Source: Octopus sinensis
Taxonomy: Eukaryota
Length of the DNA stretch: 64,000 nt
Assembly: GCF_006345805.1 (NCBI RefSeq)
Contig: NC_042997.1
Coordinates: 6,014,001 to 6,078,000 of the forward strand
Reading direction: 5' to 3'
The notes beneath the pieces were generated by a model that made no database searches, was not told where the DNA came from, and saw only the letters and a program-made list of their open reading frames with translations. Below, piece after piece: positions 1 through 13,116 of this stretch (position 1 is its first letter; each line of letters starts with the position of its first letter). The position numbers and the translations under genes were made by a program.

Positions 1-301
1 AAAAGAACACGAAGACAAATTCAGTAAGTTGCTCTACAACGCTCATATGTTTTCTTATGCAGCTTAAAACATATAAATAACGATACAAACGTGCTCATTC
101 CCAAGCAAAAAAAATCACGCAGATGCATACAAATGCACGATCATAAAGACTTACATTCATTACTCAATTCACCCATGAGAACAACCATCCATCCTTCCTT
201 CCCTTTCGCTATACACGGACGGATACATGCATACATAAACAAATACGTACATATGTACGTACATACATACATTCCTATAATTGCATACGCACACAAACAC
301 A

Positions 302-302
<1 letters not shown>

Positions 303-381
<79 letters not shown>
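303..381. repeat. (CA)n(TA)n compound microsatellite
   Basis: Direct dinucleotide runs; source of the HTHT/YIYI pseudo-ORFs at 91-479. Confidence 0.97.
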
Positions 382-385
<4 letters not shown>

Positions 386-764
386 TCATAAATACATACA
401 GACATAGATACACACGTAAATGCGTGTGTATGTATGTATGCATGTATGTAAATAAGTATATTTGTTTGTAGGTATTCATGTGTATGTCGCTTAAAGTTTA
501 AAAAGTTAGCTTCAAAACCACAGTACCGCTGGTATGTAATTTGGAGATATAAACTTCATAGACACCAGCATGCTGTTTGTATCGGATTGTAATTCAAAAT
601 GTACAGCATTGTTTCACACTAAGATATTAGTGCCAGTGAATTCCGTTAAGAGAACATAAATCATCCGAATGGGTTTCAACGCTAAATCGGCGTTAAATAA
701 TTCCGTTGATCTAACACACCAAACATTATAGCCGAACGGCAGAGATAAACTAACATGATAAATA

Positions 765-775
765 TATATATATAT

Positions 776-835
<60 letters not shown>
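765..835. repeat. (TA)n microsatellite, left flank of PLE palindrome
   Basis: Direct TA run. Confidence 0.95.
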
Positions 836-838
<3 letters not shown>

Positions 839-1201
839 TAAAATGAGATAGGGGTTGAAAATTCAACCCACCATGGGATAATATATATCCAATATACTGC
901 TAGATAGGTACCCAACAAAATTAATACATAGATGTTAAAAATTGTCAAACAATCAGTTCATCTATTGCATTATATGGGTAAAGGTAATAATATTACCGTA
1001 AATTAATACTACAAAATTAGAGAATGGAGAAACATACTTAAATCAGTAAAACATCAACTATCCGATGATACTTAATCCATACTTTAATACACCATTACAT
1101 ATGAGTAAAGGCAATACATAAAATGAAATGAGATATACAGTAATAGTAAAAAGATAAAGAGATATAAGTAAAAAATTTTCAATATAATATGCAAATAAAT
1201 C

Positions 1202-1317
1202 AAAACTGACAGCTGTTTCGGCAGTGAGGACAGTCATACCTCATTTAACCTATAAGCCATAAAGGCAGGTATAAATGAGGCATTAACAAGGATGCCCCAC
1301 GGCCTCTTCAGAGAATT
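1202..1317 (-). ncRNA. Type I hammerhead ribozyme, long helix II (left arm copy)
   Basis: Reverse complement of the copy at 2220-2335: CTGAAGA at 1311-1305, GTC at 1210-1208. Confidence 0.8.
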
Positions 1318-1674
1318 AAATTAAATTTGTTATAATAGTGAAAAATATTATACAATCATATACATATAAATATAAAAATTTAAAAATGTAAAATATAAAA
1401 ACTTATACATCATAATGCTACACTTATATAATATAATACACATTTGTACAAAAAAGGAAGGTAAACAGAACAAAATAAAACAAAATATATAATAGTGTAT
1501 ATATTAATATCAATAAGTACCGATATTATACATATTTGGCTAATAGTTTTTTTTATATAAAAAAAAGGCTAACACACATGGAGATGAAAAATAATAATTA
1601 AATCCGTGGTACAGTTCATAAGATTCTAAAGCTATAAAAGTTAATAAAAATTACTATTAATAATAATAATAATA

Positions 1675-1715
<41 letters not shown>

Positions 1716-2219
1716 TATAATAAAAAATAGATACAGTTAAGTTAGCACCAAGTCCATCCTTACAAGGATGGACTTGTAAGGATGGACTTGGTGCTAACTT
1801 AACTGTATCTATTTTTTATTATATTTTTTTATTATTATTATTATTATTATTAATTATTATTATTATTATTATTATTATTAATAGTAATTTTTATTAACTT
1901 TTATAGCTTTAGAATCTTATGAACTGTACCACGGATTTAATTATTATTTTTCATCTCCATGTGTGTTAGCCTTTTTTTTATATAAAAAAACTATTAGCCA
2001 AATATGTATAATATCGGTACTTATTGATATTAATATATACACTATTATATATTTTGTTTTATTTTGTTCTGTTTACCTTCCTTTTTTGTACAAATGTGTA
2101 TTATATTATATAAGTGTAGCATTATGATGTATAAGTTTTTATATTTTACATTTTTAAATTTTTATATTTATATGTATATGATTGTATAATATTTTTCACT
2201 ATTATAACAAATTTAATTT

Positions 2220-2335
2220 AATTCTCTGAAGAGGCCGTGGGGCATCCTTGTTAATGCCTCATTTATACCTGCCTTTATGGCTTATAGGTTAAATGAGGTA
2301 TGACTGTCCTCACTGCCGAAACAGCTGTCAGTTTT
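2220..2335 (+). ncRNA. Type I hammerhead ribozyme, long helix II (right arm copy)
   Basis: CTGAAGA 2226-2232; helix II GGC...GCC 2233-2317 with internal pairings; GAAA 2318-2321; helix III AC-AGCT-GT (palindromic loop); GTC cleavage triplet 2327-2329; helix I CT/AG followed by a 2x2 U loop and further pairs. Confidence 0.82.
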
Positions 2336-2530
2336 GATTTATTTGCATATTATATTTGAAAATTTTTTACTTATATCTCTTTATCTTTTTACTATTACTG
2401 TATATCTCATTTCATTTTATGTATTGCCTTTACTCATATGTAATGGTGTATTAAAGTATGGATTAAGTATCATCGGATAGTTGATGTTTTACTGATTTAA
2501 GTATGTTTCTCCATTCTCTAATTTTGTAGT

Positions 2531-2560
2531 ATATATATAATATATATATATAATATATAT

Positions 2561-2617
<57 letters not shown>
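2531..2617. repeat. (TA)n microsatellite, right flank of palindrome
   Basis: Direct TA run. Confidence 0.95.
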
Positions 2618-2619
<2 letters not shown>

Positions 2620-3199
2620 CTTGTTTCATTCATCGAACTTCAAAAAGGCAATGCCTTGAGTGGTGTTGGTGAACAGATCGATTAGCAAGCAAAGTCACGA
2701 GGACGTAAACAAACTGACGCCGGCTTTCATGTGGTATCACAGAAGCGCACACACGCACGCACACACACACATGCAAACATACGTTCTCATGCTCGCATGT
2801 ATAGGAATGAATATATATATGGATGTAAGACTTAAAGCTTAGAAAATCAGGCATGTATGTGTGTGCGTGTAGAAGATTCAATAGTAACACATGACTTGAT
2901 ATGTACTAGGAAAATAAGACAAATTAGAAAATGCTAACGTTATTTTAACATGAATAATATATTCTTTTCGACATTTCCAACTAGAGTAAAGCAAGAAAAA
3001 CAACTGAATTGAAGAAAAATTAAATGAAATGATTTTTTTTTATTTTTTCGAAATATTTCATAAAGTATTCAAATAGGTAGGATATTTTCCTTTTATCTCC
3101 CTCTCTCTCTATCTTGCCCACCTTTTTTCATTTTTCCCTTTGGAAGGATTTACCTCCTCAACTTTCGCTTCCTCTCCCTCCGTTAGAGAATCAGGAGCC

Positions 3200-3600
3200 A
3201 CACTTGGGGGAACAGGGAGATCTATTAACTACTCCAGTACCCTTGCCTGGTTCCTAGAGCAGTTCCTCTTTATGTGGTCTGCTTCCGGGCACTGGTGACA
3301 CTTGTAGGGAGCGTCCCTTCAAGTATCACCGGGTGTCTGGAACCGGCCAGTTTCAAAAAATCTGGTAATACCATATCTTCCGCTGACTGGGTCCACAGTG
3401 TCAAGGTAGCTTTTGACATCACCTAGTCAGCCACAGGCATAATCTTTACATCTAACAGCCTGGTGTTAATGCCACCCAAACCCCGGCGGATAGTCTCCTC
3501 TATCTACTCGTGCTCAGTTCCGGGTGACAGCCCATAAACCCAAGCTCTCGTTAATTTTCGCCTTCCATATGTAGGGCGAAACAAATATTCTTTCCTTCCA
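3200..3600 (-). mobile_element. Decayed non-LTR retrotransposon ORF1 (RRM-like segment plus CCHC zinc knuckle)
   Basis: Minus-strand translation GRRKLTRAWVYGLSPGTEHE*...VLPDFLKLAGSRHPVILEG, then a frameshift, then C-HQ-C-PEAD-H-IKRN-C (CX2CX4HX4C). Two in-frame stops. Confidence 0.65.
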
Positions 3601-5104
3601 CTGGTTGACACGTAAATTATTGTGCCTCCTTAGGGGTGTCAAAAATCACACACACAGTTGCATACCTTGCTCCCCTACGGATAAATCTAAAAGTTGGCAG
3701 CTACTCTGCCAACTCTTCCTCAGTCTCAGACTGAGAGAACACAGCGATGGTTTCAAGGACCCAAGAGTAGGTCCTTAACACCACCGCTCTCTCAGTATAA
3801 TTTTTAAGCCATTCTCTGGGGTCCACAATTCGCCACTCTAAAGCGGTATTTTTTGTTGCCAATTTAAAAAAATCAAATAAAAATAAGATGTTACAACTAC
3901 AGAAAGTCCAAAAATGTCCAAATAAAATTCAATGAAAAAACAAAAAGAAGGACGAGAAAGACAGATCAAAAAAAAGGAAGGAAGACAGTTCAACTGGTAA
4001 CACAGTTCAGTTACTCAGGTAATCAACAATTCGTAATACTCCGTCGCAGCACATAAATTCCAGTTTTCATTAAATTCTTACTACTTGCCTGAATGGTAAA
4101 TCCCCCTTGTGAAGAGCAAAAAGATAATCAAAATTTTAAGAATTTTTTGAGTGGATACACATACTCATAAAACACAATTCTCACTACAAAGTGAGTATTT
4201 TTGCACGACCACAGGCAAACAAATATTTGGAACCAAGTGGAGACCCTTGCTCGTGAAAATTGTTTAATTACAAAACGATGGAGTCCACTAAGCTCCGCAG
4301 AAAGACAAACGCCTTACCTGTAGTCGTGCTTCAAGTTTTCAATTATTCACAACGCAGAGCGCTGTGACTTCAGAGCGTATAAAAAGTCGAACTCTTCAGT
4401 AGTGAAGTAAGGGAGCTACTTACCACACAGCCACACCTACGCCTTTACATAAATACTTATCAGCGCTTGCATGCGTGAGCATAACTTGTTAATTACCCTC
4501 TGAAATTTCTAAAATTATCACAGAACAACGAATTTAATTTATCAGAATTATTTTCAACAAACATAAAATTATCAAAGTTATTTTTGACCAGTACAAACAC
4601 GTAAGCGGACAACCACAAGCTCACACGCGCACACATTTGCGCACATGAGAAGGATAATACGCATGGACAAGCGCAAACTCACACGCTTAGACCCACAAGC
4701 ACAAAAGTGCACGTACAGACGCACACTCACGCGTGCTCGCGTTCATACACAAATGCCCATATACACATACACACACACGTGCTCACACACACACCGACAC
4801 ACTCACACAAACACTCCTATCATAAGCATGTTTATGTACATGAATGAACCTACATACATGTAAACATAAGCAAATTGAAAATATTTCTTAAATTCACAAA
4901 ATATGCCATGAAATCAACAATAATTTCTTTATCTTCTATGTGCCCATATACTTTTAATTTGCCTCTCAAATTATATTACATAGAACGTAAATTTAATTCA
5001 AACAGTCTTCATTTTCTTTTACATTCTTACAGCTTCACTCTATGTTTGCTCTGAAAATATTCGATATTTATCTAGAAGGTTCTTTTATGTCTATTCTTTT
5101 CTAT

Positions 5105-5520
5105 TTCTTTTATTTGATTCAATCATTCGGCTGCGGCCGTGCTGGGGTGCCGCCATGAAGAATGTTTTAGTCGAACGAATCAACCTCATTACTTCTTTTT
5201 AAAGCTTGGTAATTATTATATATTTCCTATTTGCCGAACCACTATGTTACGGGGACATGAGCACACTAACACCCACTGTGAAACGGTAGTGGAAGGATAA
5301 TCACAGACACAGTGCACGCACTGACGCATGCACACACATACGCACGCTCACACACATACACACCAGAGGCTTCTTTCTCTTTCCTTCTACCAAATCTACT
5401 CAGAATTCTTTTGTCGCCCGAGAGTAGAGTAGAAGACATTTGCCCAAGTTGACAGGCAGAGGGACTACGCCCAGACCTGTGTAATTGCAGGGCAACATTC
5501 TTATAACACATCCACACCTG
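5105..5520 (-). mobile_element. Diverged tRNA-derived SINE (Octopus OR-type)
   Basis: Motifs ctgcggcc.tgctgg, tttagtcgaacgaatc, ttgccgaacc.cta.gttacggggac, ctaccaaatc.actca, gtagaagaca.ttgcccaag; shared with 49400-49765 and 34300-34500. Confidence 0.75.
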
Positions 5521-5727
5521 CGCCCATATATTAAAGACATTTGTTTAAAAAATATTTTCTCTTGAAATTCAATGTAACCTGTTTAGTGCTATAAATTGTA
5601 AAGTCGACATCATACATTTACAATTTCAAGTAGCTGTCCCAATTTCGAGTTCTCACTTCGTAATCTGAAACCAATTTCATACTTCATTTACTCCCGAGGC
5701 TGGTATAAACCTGGTTGCGCATAACTT

Positions 5728-5816
<89 letters not shown>

Positions 5817-5850
5817 ATACTACTACTACTACTTACTACTACTACTACTA
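5728..5850. repeat. (CTA)n/(CTG)n trinucleotide microsatellite
   Basis: Direct repeats. Confidence 0.95.
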
Positions 5851-6269
5851 AATTAGCACATATAAAATATGATAAATAAATGATTGATTGATTGATCTAA
5901 AATAGTTTCAAATTTACCGGGAGGTGTATGTACTATGAAATTGTTACGTTGGCATCATTTGAATTTGAGCAACTTATGTTTCTTTACGCTCTTAGTCTCT
6001 CATCACATCTGAATGAGTAAAATGATACTTGTAATTAGCATTCCAGTAGTCGCAATAATATCAGGCTTCTATTATTTGTTTGGTGGGTGAGTGTTATTGT
6101 ATCGAAGACTATAATATTTGTGGCTCCTAAATTATGGATACATGCATACATCTGAATGTATATAGGTATGTATAAGTGTGCATGTATGTATTTGTGTATG
6201 TATATATATAAATATATATATATAATAAATCCATACATGCATACACACACACGTATATACATACCGTGC

Positions 6270-6400
6270 TGATTGCGCGTAAAAGTTCCGGGTTTTGGGT
6301 CGAAAAAATACAAGGGGATCAGTTAATTACAATTCTATTCAATACGATCCTTTCTTAGATTTACACACTTATGCGTCGGTCATTCACTTATTCTAAGCAC
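6270..6400 (+). mobile_element. Possible mariner-type terminal fragment
   Basis: aaaagttcc.gg motif resembling the TIRs at 13710 and 19600, followed by aattacaattctattcaatac; highly decayed. Confidence 0.3.
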
Positions 6401-7104
6401 TGTATGAGGCGCAGTATTTTGTGCGTCCGGGCACGGATACCCTTAAAGCCAATAACCCATCAGCACACCTTCGTATACATGTGTGCCTGCGTGTTTGTGT
6501 GTGTGTGCGCTTCTATATAATTTTTCTGAAACATATATTGTTTCTAAATATTTTAAAAACTCCACAAACAATTTGGTAGGGAATTGATATACTTCCCACA
6601 GTTTCTTTTTTGTTACTTAGTTTCTCATAACACGCACTACAGTACACGACAATTGTATTTCAACTATGATCGTAAAAGCAGTAAATAGATATCACAAACC
6701 ATTTTGCCCATTTCAATAGAGATTTCTCTCATTTGTAGACACACCTTGCAATAATAATTAAAATAGTAATCTGAGGCATCTTTCGTATTGTCTCAACGGT
6801 ATAACATATACGAAACCAGGTTTTGATAGCAAATGACACTCATGCGTCTATTTCATTATTTTTTGACAGTTGTAACAAAGGCATAGCGTGATTTATGAAT
6901 AGCATTCACAATTTGCAATAACAAACTCATTGAGATAGTTGGGAAAGGCTGAATAATTGGCATCTTGAAAATAGCGTATGAGGTTAAGCTTGGATTTCTA
7001 CCAGTGCAATAACAAAAGCGTCACCTGCTTCAATTAACCTTTCATACATATAAGAAAAAAGAAGGAATGAGTTATGTATACATCACCCAAACACACACTG
7101 ATTC

Positions 7105-7105
<1 letters not shown>

Positions 7106-7164
<59 letters not shown>

Positions 7165-7167
7165 ATA

Positions 7168-7229
<62 letters not shown>

Positions 7230-7235
7230 ATATAC
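7106..7235. repeat. (TCTA)n(TA)n microsatellite
   Basis: Direct repeats. Confidence 0.95.
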
Positions 7236-7779
7236 AGGCATACATACACATATACGTACATGCCTACACACATACATACATACATGCATACACACATACC
7301 AGTAGAAGGAAGAACCGATTATAATTTGCGTCTGAAAACTCTGTCATCTACTTTCCTACTGTTGATGAAACCGAAGGCGTAAAATTCAGCAAAATATTTG
7401 AATTGCATTGTGATGTACTCAGCTGTTTCTTCGCAATGCCATTTTCTTTGTAATTATATTACCAATGTATGATTATATTCATTGTGTTGTATGAATGGCA
7501 CAACATCAAAAAAATTTAAAGCAACGACAATAATAATTATTATTTTTCTTTACGTACAATGACCTCAAATTTTAAGAAGACTGTTTGTTGAAAGCCTTGA
7601 ACTCAATAATTTTATCGACACTGAAAGTCTAAAATGCCGAAAAAATATCGATGGCATTTGAACCCGGAATTTCATCCAAGATAAATCACACAGCAAATTT
7701 TCCCGGTGGTTTATGGATTCCATCAGCTCCATACTCCGTATGGTGAACTTTGTCTGCGGAGAAAATCCTACAATTTTGA

Positions 7780-7900
7780 GTTGTAGAGGATAAATCGATT
7801 GCGTCAACCCCAGTGCTATGGTGGAATGATGAATGTTATTCTCGCAGGTATTTGAACTCAGAAAATAAAGAACTGAAAGGAATGCTGCAAGGCATTTTTT
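7780..7900 (-). mobile_element. SINE fragment (same family as 14997-15225)
   Basis: tcgatt.c.tc.accccagtgc ... ggatgaa ... gg.atttgaactcagaa motifs. Confidence 0.55.
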
Positions 7901-8179
7901 TCTGATGATCTGAAGATTCTGCTTGGACGATAGTAATAAAAATAATAGAAAAGCAACAAATTATATCCATGCTATCTGTTTACGATTTCTTTGGTATTTG
8001 CTTACTGGAGTCATAGCAAAGAAATTACAAAATTTTTGCTACATTAGCAAAATGATCCCAGGAATAAAGCAAAATGTATTTGCTGACATATTGTAGCTCG
8101 ATAGACTTGACATTTGGTCAAACATAGATGGAACCAAAAAAAAAACTGTTGGCAAAACCGATTACAAGGAAGTATACAA

Positions 8180-9070
8180 TGAAAATGCCCCAGGATTTAT
8201 TTTTAAAATGCTCGAGGTTTTTCACTGTCAATAGAAATAATAATTCTATTTTCACATTTAGAAAAGAGATCCTGTCGTGTTCAGGTGAAATATAGTCGGA
8301 ATCGACTCAGTGGGAAATGTATAATGCGCGCGAAGAATATTCCAGCGAGACACATTGTATGCGTTATTTTTTTCTTTATTTGCATCTATTTCTTTGTCTA
8401 GTTTATTGAGAAAATCTCGACTATCTTATATGCGTACTATTAACGACATGCAGATAAAACATATAATGCGCGGTGTAAAGTTCATAAAATCATCTATATA
8501 TATATATGTGTATATATTAATACCTTCAAACATCACACCAAGAATGAAGAAATTCTCGAGCCTTTAGGTCAAAATGGAAGCATATTTCTAACAAGTCTCT
8601 ATACAGGTAAGCTATTTGGGCTGAATAAATGTACCGTATTCATTGTGACGATAAGTCGTAAATAGATATGATGGGAAAAATTTAACAAAATGACCTAATC
8701 AGACCACTGAAGGTAAATGAAGCATACGGGTTCCTAGGAATGCTGCACGAGGACAAAATAAGGGGACAGGAAATAAGGGCTAAAATCTCCAAAATATATA
8801 AGAGAAAACACGAACAAGCTCTTGAAGCAAGGCAAAAAGGAGAAAGTATTTAATAAATTTCATCAAAATTTTGGCTATGTCCCGACTGAGATACATTGCT
8901 ACAGTATTTAAGGAGGCATACAGTGAAACGTATGGTCTAGATGGATTAACACTGTTGCTGTTCCTAATACATAGCAAACCTTCTCCTAAAAGTAATATCG
9001 TAAAGTTTTATTTATCCATGAGTGGAGGAGACATTTTATCTGCAGCTAGAAATGTATATTAAAAATACTG
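8180..9070 (+). mobile_element. Heavily decayed R4/Dong-type non-LTR RT fragment
   Basis: IFQRDTLYALFF...SLSSLLRKSRLSY (cf. GIFQGDSLSPLLF), IKHIMRGVKF (cf. INHLLFMDDLKLF), FGLNKCT (cf. FGLDKCA), SPKSNIVKFYLSMSGG (cf. HPKSDVDRLYLPRSEGG); colinear with the better copy at 38.2-39.4 kb. Confidence 0.6.
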
Positions 9071-9424
9071 AAGCACAAAAATATTGAAGAATATAGTACA
9101 GAGCAGTAGGAGAAATAGTTAGTAACGGAAAAATGTTCCTGTCCAAATAAGCAACATACCAAGGACATTTGAAGCGCGAAACATTGGTTCTCATCGAGAG
9201 TAGAATATATGAAAAAAAGAGACTAGTTTAATAATTACTAATTTGTTTGTGATTAATTACCGAAAATTAAGAACGTTTTGTTTGTCTAGTGATGGTGGAA
9301 ACCATAGAACGATTTCAGTCTTTTAGGTGCGAGGGATACGAAGTCTTGTGATCCAATGTACCTGGATGGTTAAAATGGTAACAAAGGGATGCCCTAACTG
9401 GATACGATTGCTGTGTGTTTTGTG

Positions 9425-9456
9425 TCTATCTATCTATCTATCTATCTATCTATATG

Positions 9457-9509
<53 letters not shown>

Positions 9510-9512
9510 ATG

Positions 9513-9577
<65 letters not shown>
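9425..9577. repeat. (TCTA)n tetranucleotide microsatellite
   Basis: Direct repeats. Confidence 0.96.
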
Positions 9578-11249
9578 ACACACGCGTTCATATACACACA
9601 CATATTTGCACACACAGAGACCCACTTACGTACACGTATTTTATATAACTGGCTTTTATGAACATTCGTATAATAGAATTTACTAATTAAAATAAATTGT
9701 ATGTCCATTGTATATAGTCTGATTGCCAGCATTTTCCTATAAGCCCTTTGCGAGTTTTCGTTAGTGTTTGACTGATAGTTGGATCTGATTAATAATATAG
9801 GATGATAGTTAAAGTACTAGAATTTTCGGCTTGTTTAGATTGTATTCGTTGTATTTTATGGGAAGATATGTAATTAAAGACTAAGAACTAAAAAACGTAA
9901 TTGGCCATCGTTATTTTGATGAGCTAGATATTCCAAGGACGAAAGCAATTTCGGACTATTTATCCGGAAATTAAGTTGAAGAGAAGTGTTTTCATAACAC
10001 TATAATTATTTACTTTATTTCGATGTATTTTTATTTTTATATATATGATTTGTTTAGTTTTATTGTTTCATTTCCTAAACGCTCCATTTAGGAATCGATC
10101 GATATTAATCTAAACAATTAACGATACGTGCTAAGAAACAATTACATCTAAGTAACTGGAATGGGAAAGGCATCAATATTTTCTACTTTAGAATTAGAAA
10201 CACTTGTAATAGATTCTATAACTTCTTCATTGCAACTACATTAACATCAACCATTTTCTACTATATTATAGACAAAATATTCAGATTCTAGTGCTTTGTT
10301 TAAATTATCCACCCAGGCAATGAAACCTAGTGCATATAGTGCAAAAACGGTTAGGATTAAGGCATACAGTTATGACAGCCTGTAGTGGGCAGTCGCTTCC
10401 TCATAGATGTGACATCTAAAGGAATTCATTCAATGAGAATTTTCAATACGGTAAAAAAATTTCCACAATCTTTTTTTTTCATATTCTTTGATGACATCAA
10501 CCAACTATTCCAGTGTCGACACATATGCATCAGATTTCTTGAGGTTTTATGCTAGTCCACATGATGTTTACTATCCACTCCAACACAATACAGGTGTCTA
10601 ACATTCAAGTATTGCCTTCATCACTCACACTCAAAAATACAGACCCACCTAAAATCTACTCCCCAAACACTCAAAATCAAGGTTAAAATTATAATTATTT
10701 ACAAAGTATAATTCCCTAATGCGCTTCTGTTAACCAGGTTGTCAATATTTCCGAAAAAAAAAATGACAAGAACGTATTTACGTTTTATACATATAATAAA
10801 GTACCATCTTCCTAGAAAGGTTCCTATGTATTTAGTGACAGGCTGAATAGTATTGATTAAATTATTTATATTACCATCTTAATCTGTAACACTTTAAGTT
10901 ATTGGTTTTTGTTTTATTTAGTCAGTGGAGAGAAAATGTGAAACTGAAAATAACTGTTGATAATAATCTCACACGTTTTAACTGTCAGACAAGTGATTGA
11001 GATTAATGCCTATAAATAACTCATGACACATCTATAATTTTCAGATAAGTGTAAGAAGTGCATATTTAAGATCAGCTTAATCATTATATAAAGAAGAAAA
11101 GAAACAGAGGAAATGAATAATCATGAAAAATTACGCTAGAATTCACAGCCTTGAACGTACGTCAATTATAAAGTTGAAGGTGGAAGAAAATTATGCATAC
11201 TAGAAGAAAAGTCATCCGACAAGCAGTTTTCAACAAATCATGATGATAA

Positions 11250-11334
11250 AGATATATGTGTATATACGTGTATATATATATATATACGTGTCTATGTATA
11301 TATTTATATATATACGTGTGTATGTATATATTTA

Positions 11335-11368
<34 letters not shown>

Positions 11369-11640
11369 CGTGTGTATGTATATATATATATATATATACA
11401 TATATATACATATATCTATATACGTGTGTGTGTATATATATATATATACATATATATATAAACGTGTGTATATATATATACATATATATATATATGTATA
11501 TATGTATATATATATATATACATATATATATACGTGTGTATATATATATATGTGTGTGAATATATATATATATATAAATACATATATATATATATAAATA
11601 TTTATGGATGTATACATATATTTACATACATTCATATATA
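11250..11640. repeat. Degenerate (TA)n/(TG)n/(CA)n low-complexity tract
   Basis: Direct; source of YIYI ORFs. Confidence 0.93.
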
Positions 11641-12506
11641 CACATATAAACGCAGGCACTCACATCGCACATACACACATACTCACAAATACATGCACAC
11701 ATAACTTGCTTGTTTTTTAAATCGGAAGACTCTCAACTGTAGTCCTAGTGGAACATGTACTTATGTGATTTTAGTCATACAAAGCACTGGGAATACTTTT
11801 ATAAAATTGAAACTCGTTTTATTCAGGAGAGTGGAGAAGCAAAAGCAAAAGTCACTTAGCACATTTAGTAAGAGTTACATGTTTTATAATCGAAAACACT
11901 TTGATTTGGCTTCATACGAGTTTATCTTTTGCGGGTTTCTATTAGGAACATGTCTCTTCACAGGATTGAATTAATAAGTTGGTAATCTAAGCGAAAATTA
12001 GACGATTTTCTTAAAGAGACCAGTGAAAATTTATGCCGCATGAAGTCGAATCAAAATGTTTTGAATAGTATATATGTGTGTGCATTTGTGTGTATGTGTG
12101 CGTGAATGTATATATATATATACATATATGCTATTTCTAATGAGTTCAGTATGCGGCAAAGTAATTTATTTTACTAAGCCCTTTTATATAATGTAATAAT
12201 TTGAATTCGCCTTAAATGGTCCCTTTGCATACTGAATACTTGGTGAAATTGATTAATTAATTAATTTTACCCTCAATTGTTGAAATTATAATTCATCTCT
12301 CTCTATATAATGCCGCGGACTTTACCGAAAAAAGCATAGTGTTTTGCTGATTTTAACCCACGCTAGTGGAAAGGGGAGAGCAGAAATTCTTCGCTTGCAT
12401 TTTTGGGTTGTTGGCACTGTTAGTTACGAGCAGATCTTCGGAAGCGAGAGGAAGCGAAAGGGTATGCTCCCACTTTCAGTGTTTTCAAATCCAAACCAGG
12501 GAGTTC

Positions 12507-12558
12507 TGAGCTGATGATAGAAATGTCGTGTTGACTAATCTTGAAACGTACGTTCTCA
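12507..12558 (+). ncRNA. Type I hammerhead ribozyme (unit 1)
   Basis: TGAG-CTGATGA(12511)-helix II t.aga..gtc/gac..tct.t-GAAA(12543)-C-GTAC-GTT(12552-54)-CTCA: 4-bp helix I, palindromic helix III, GUU triplet. Confidence 0.72.
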
Positions 12559-13064
12559 AATAACCTTTGCACTTGATTTTTTAATGTCTCTACCCCCATA
12601 TTTGCGTGAGTTGAATTGAGCAAACACTATATGAAAGAGGTTTTCTTTAAGTATTAGAAATAGTTTTAAAAAGTTTTTTTTAGCTGCTATTTCTAATGAG
12701 TTCAGTATGCGGCAAAGTAATTTATTTTACTAAGCCCTTTTATATAATGTAATAATTTGAATTCGCCTTAAATGGTCCCTTTGCATACTGAATACTTGGT
12801 GAAATTGATTAATTAATTAATTTTACCCTCAATTGTTGAAATTATAATTCATCTCTCTCTATATAATGCCGCGGACTTTACCGAAAAAAGCATAGTGTTT
12901 TGCTGATTTTAACCCACGCTAGTGGAAAGGGGAGAGCAGAAATTCTTCGCTTGCATTTTTGGGTTTGTTGGCACTGTTAGTTACGAGCAGATCTTCGGAA
13001 GCGAGAGGAAGCCGAAAGGGTATGCTCCCACTTTCAGTGTTTTCAAATCCAAACCAGGGAGTTC

Positions 13065-13116
13065 TGAGCTGATGATAGAAATGTCGTGTTGACTAATCTT
13101 GAAACGTACGTTCTCA
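13065..13116 (+). ncRNA. Type I hammerhead ribozyme (unit 2)
   Basis: Identical to unit 1: CTGATGA 13069-13075, GAAA 13101-13104, GTT 13110-13112. Confidence 0.72.

Larger units (their letters stand above)
836..2532 (-). mobile_element. Penelope-like element terminal (pLTR) fragment with inverted 5' copy, inserted in (TA)n
   Basis: Contains an HHR in each arm. The left arm extends about 170 bp further than the inverted copy and (TA)n lies on both sides. An inverted pLTR plus HHR is an established PLE hallmark. Confidence 0.65.
1006..2532. repeat. Near-perfect 1.5 kb palindrome (arms 1006-1766 and 1773-2532, 6-nt loop), PLE pseudo-LTR derived
   Basis: Right arm is the reverse complement of the left (atactacaaaattagagaatgg... 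/ ...ccattctctaattttgtagtat). Differences are mainly homopolymer or (AAT)n length. Loop is gatgga at 1767-1772. Confidence 0.97.

Noticed and set aside
4378-4400. TATAAAAA followed by TCAGT (TATA plus initiator)
   Set aside because: Spacing is only about 20 nt, too short, and both motifs are common in AT-rich DNA.
9915-9955. TTGATGA-G...C-GAAAG-CAAT-TTC partial hammerhead
   Set aside because: Core mutated and helices I and III do not pair; possibly an ancient remnant but not supportable.
10470-10560. FFIFFDDINQ, resembling a LINE RT motif
   Set aside because: A single short motif with no colinear flanking motifs.
12296-12366. Possible 71-bp mini-Helitron inside the tandem unit (A|TC ... CTAG|T)
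   Set aside because: The termini fit but the subterminal hairpin is only about 4 bp and such short motifs arise easily by chance.
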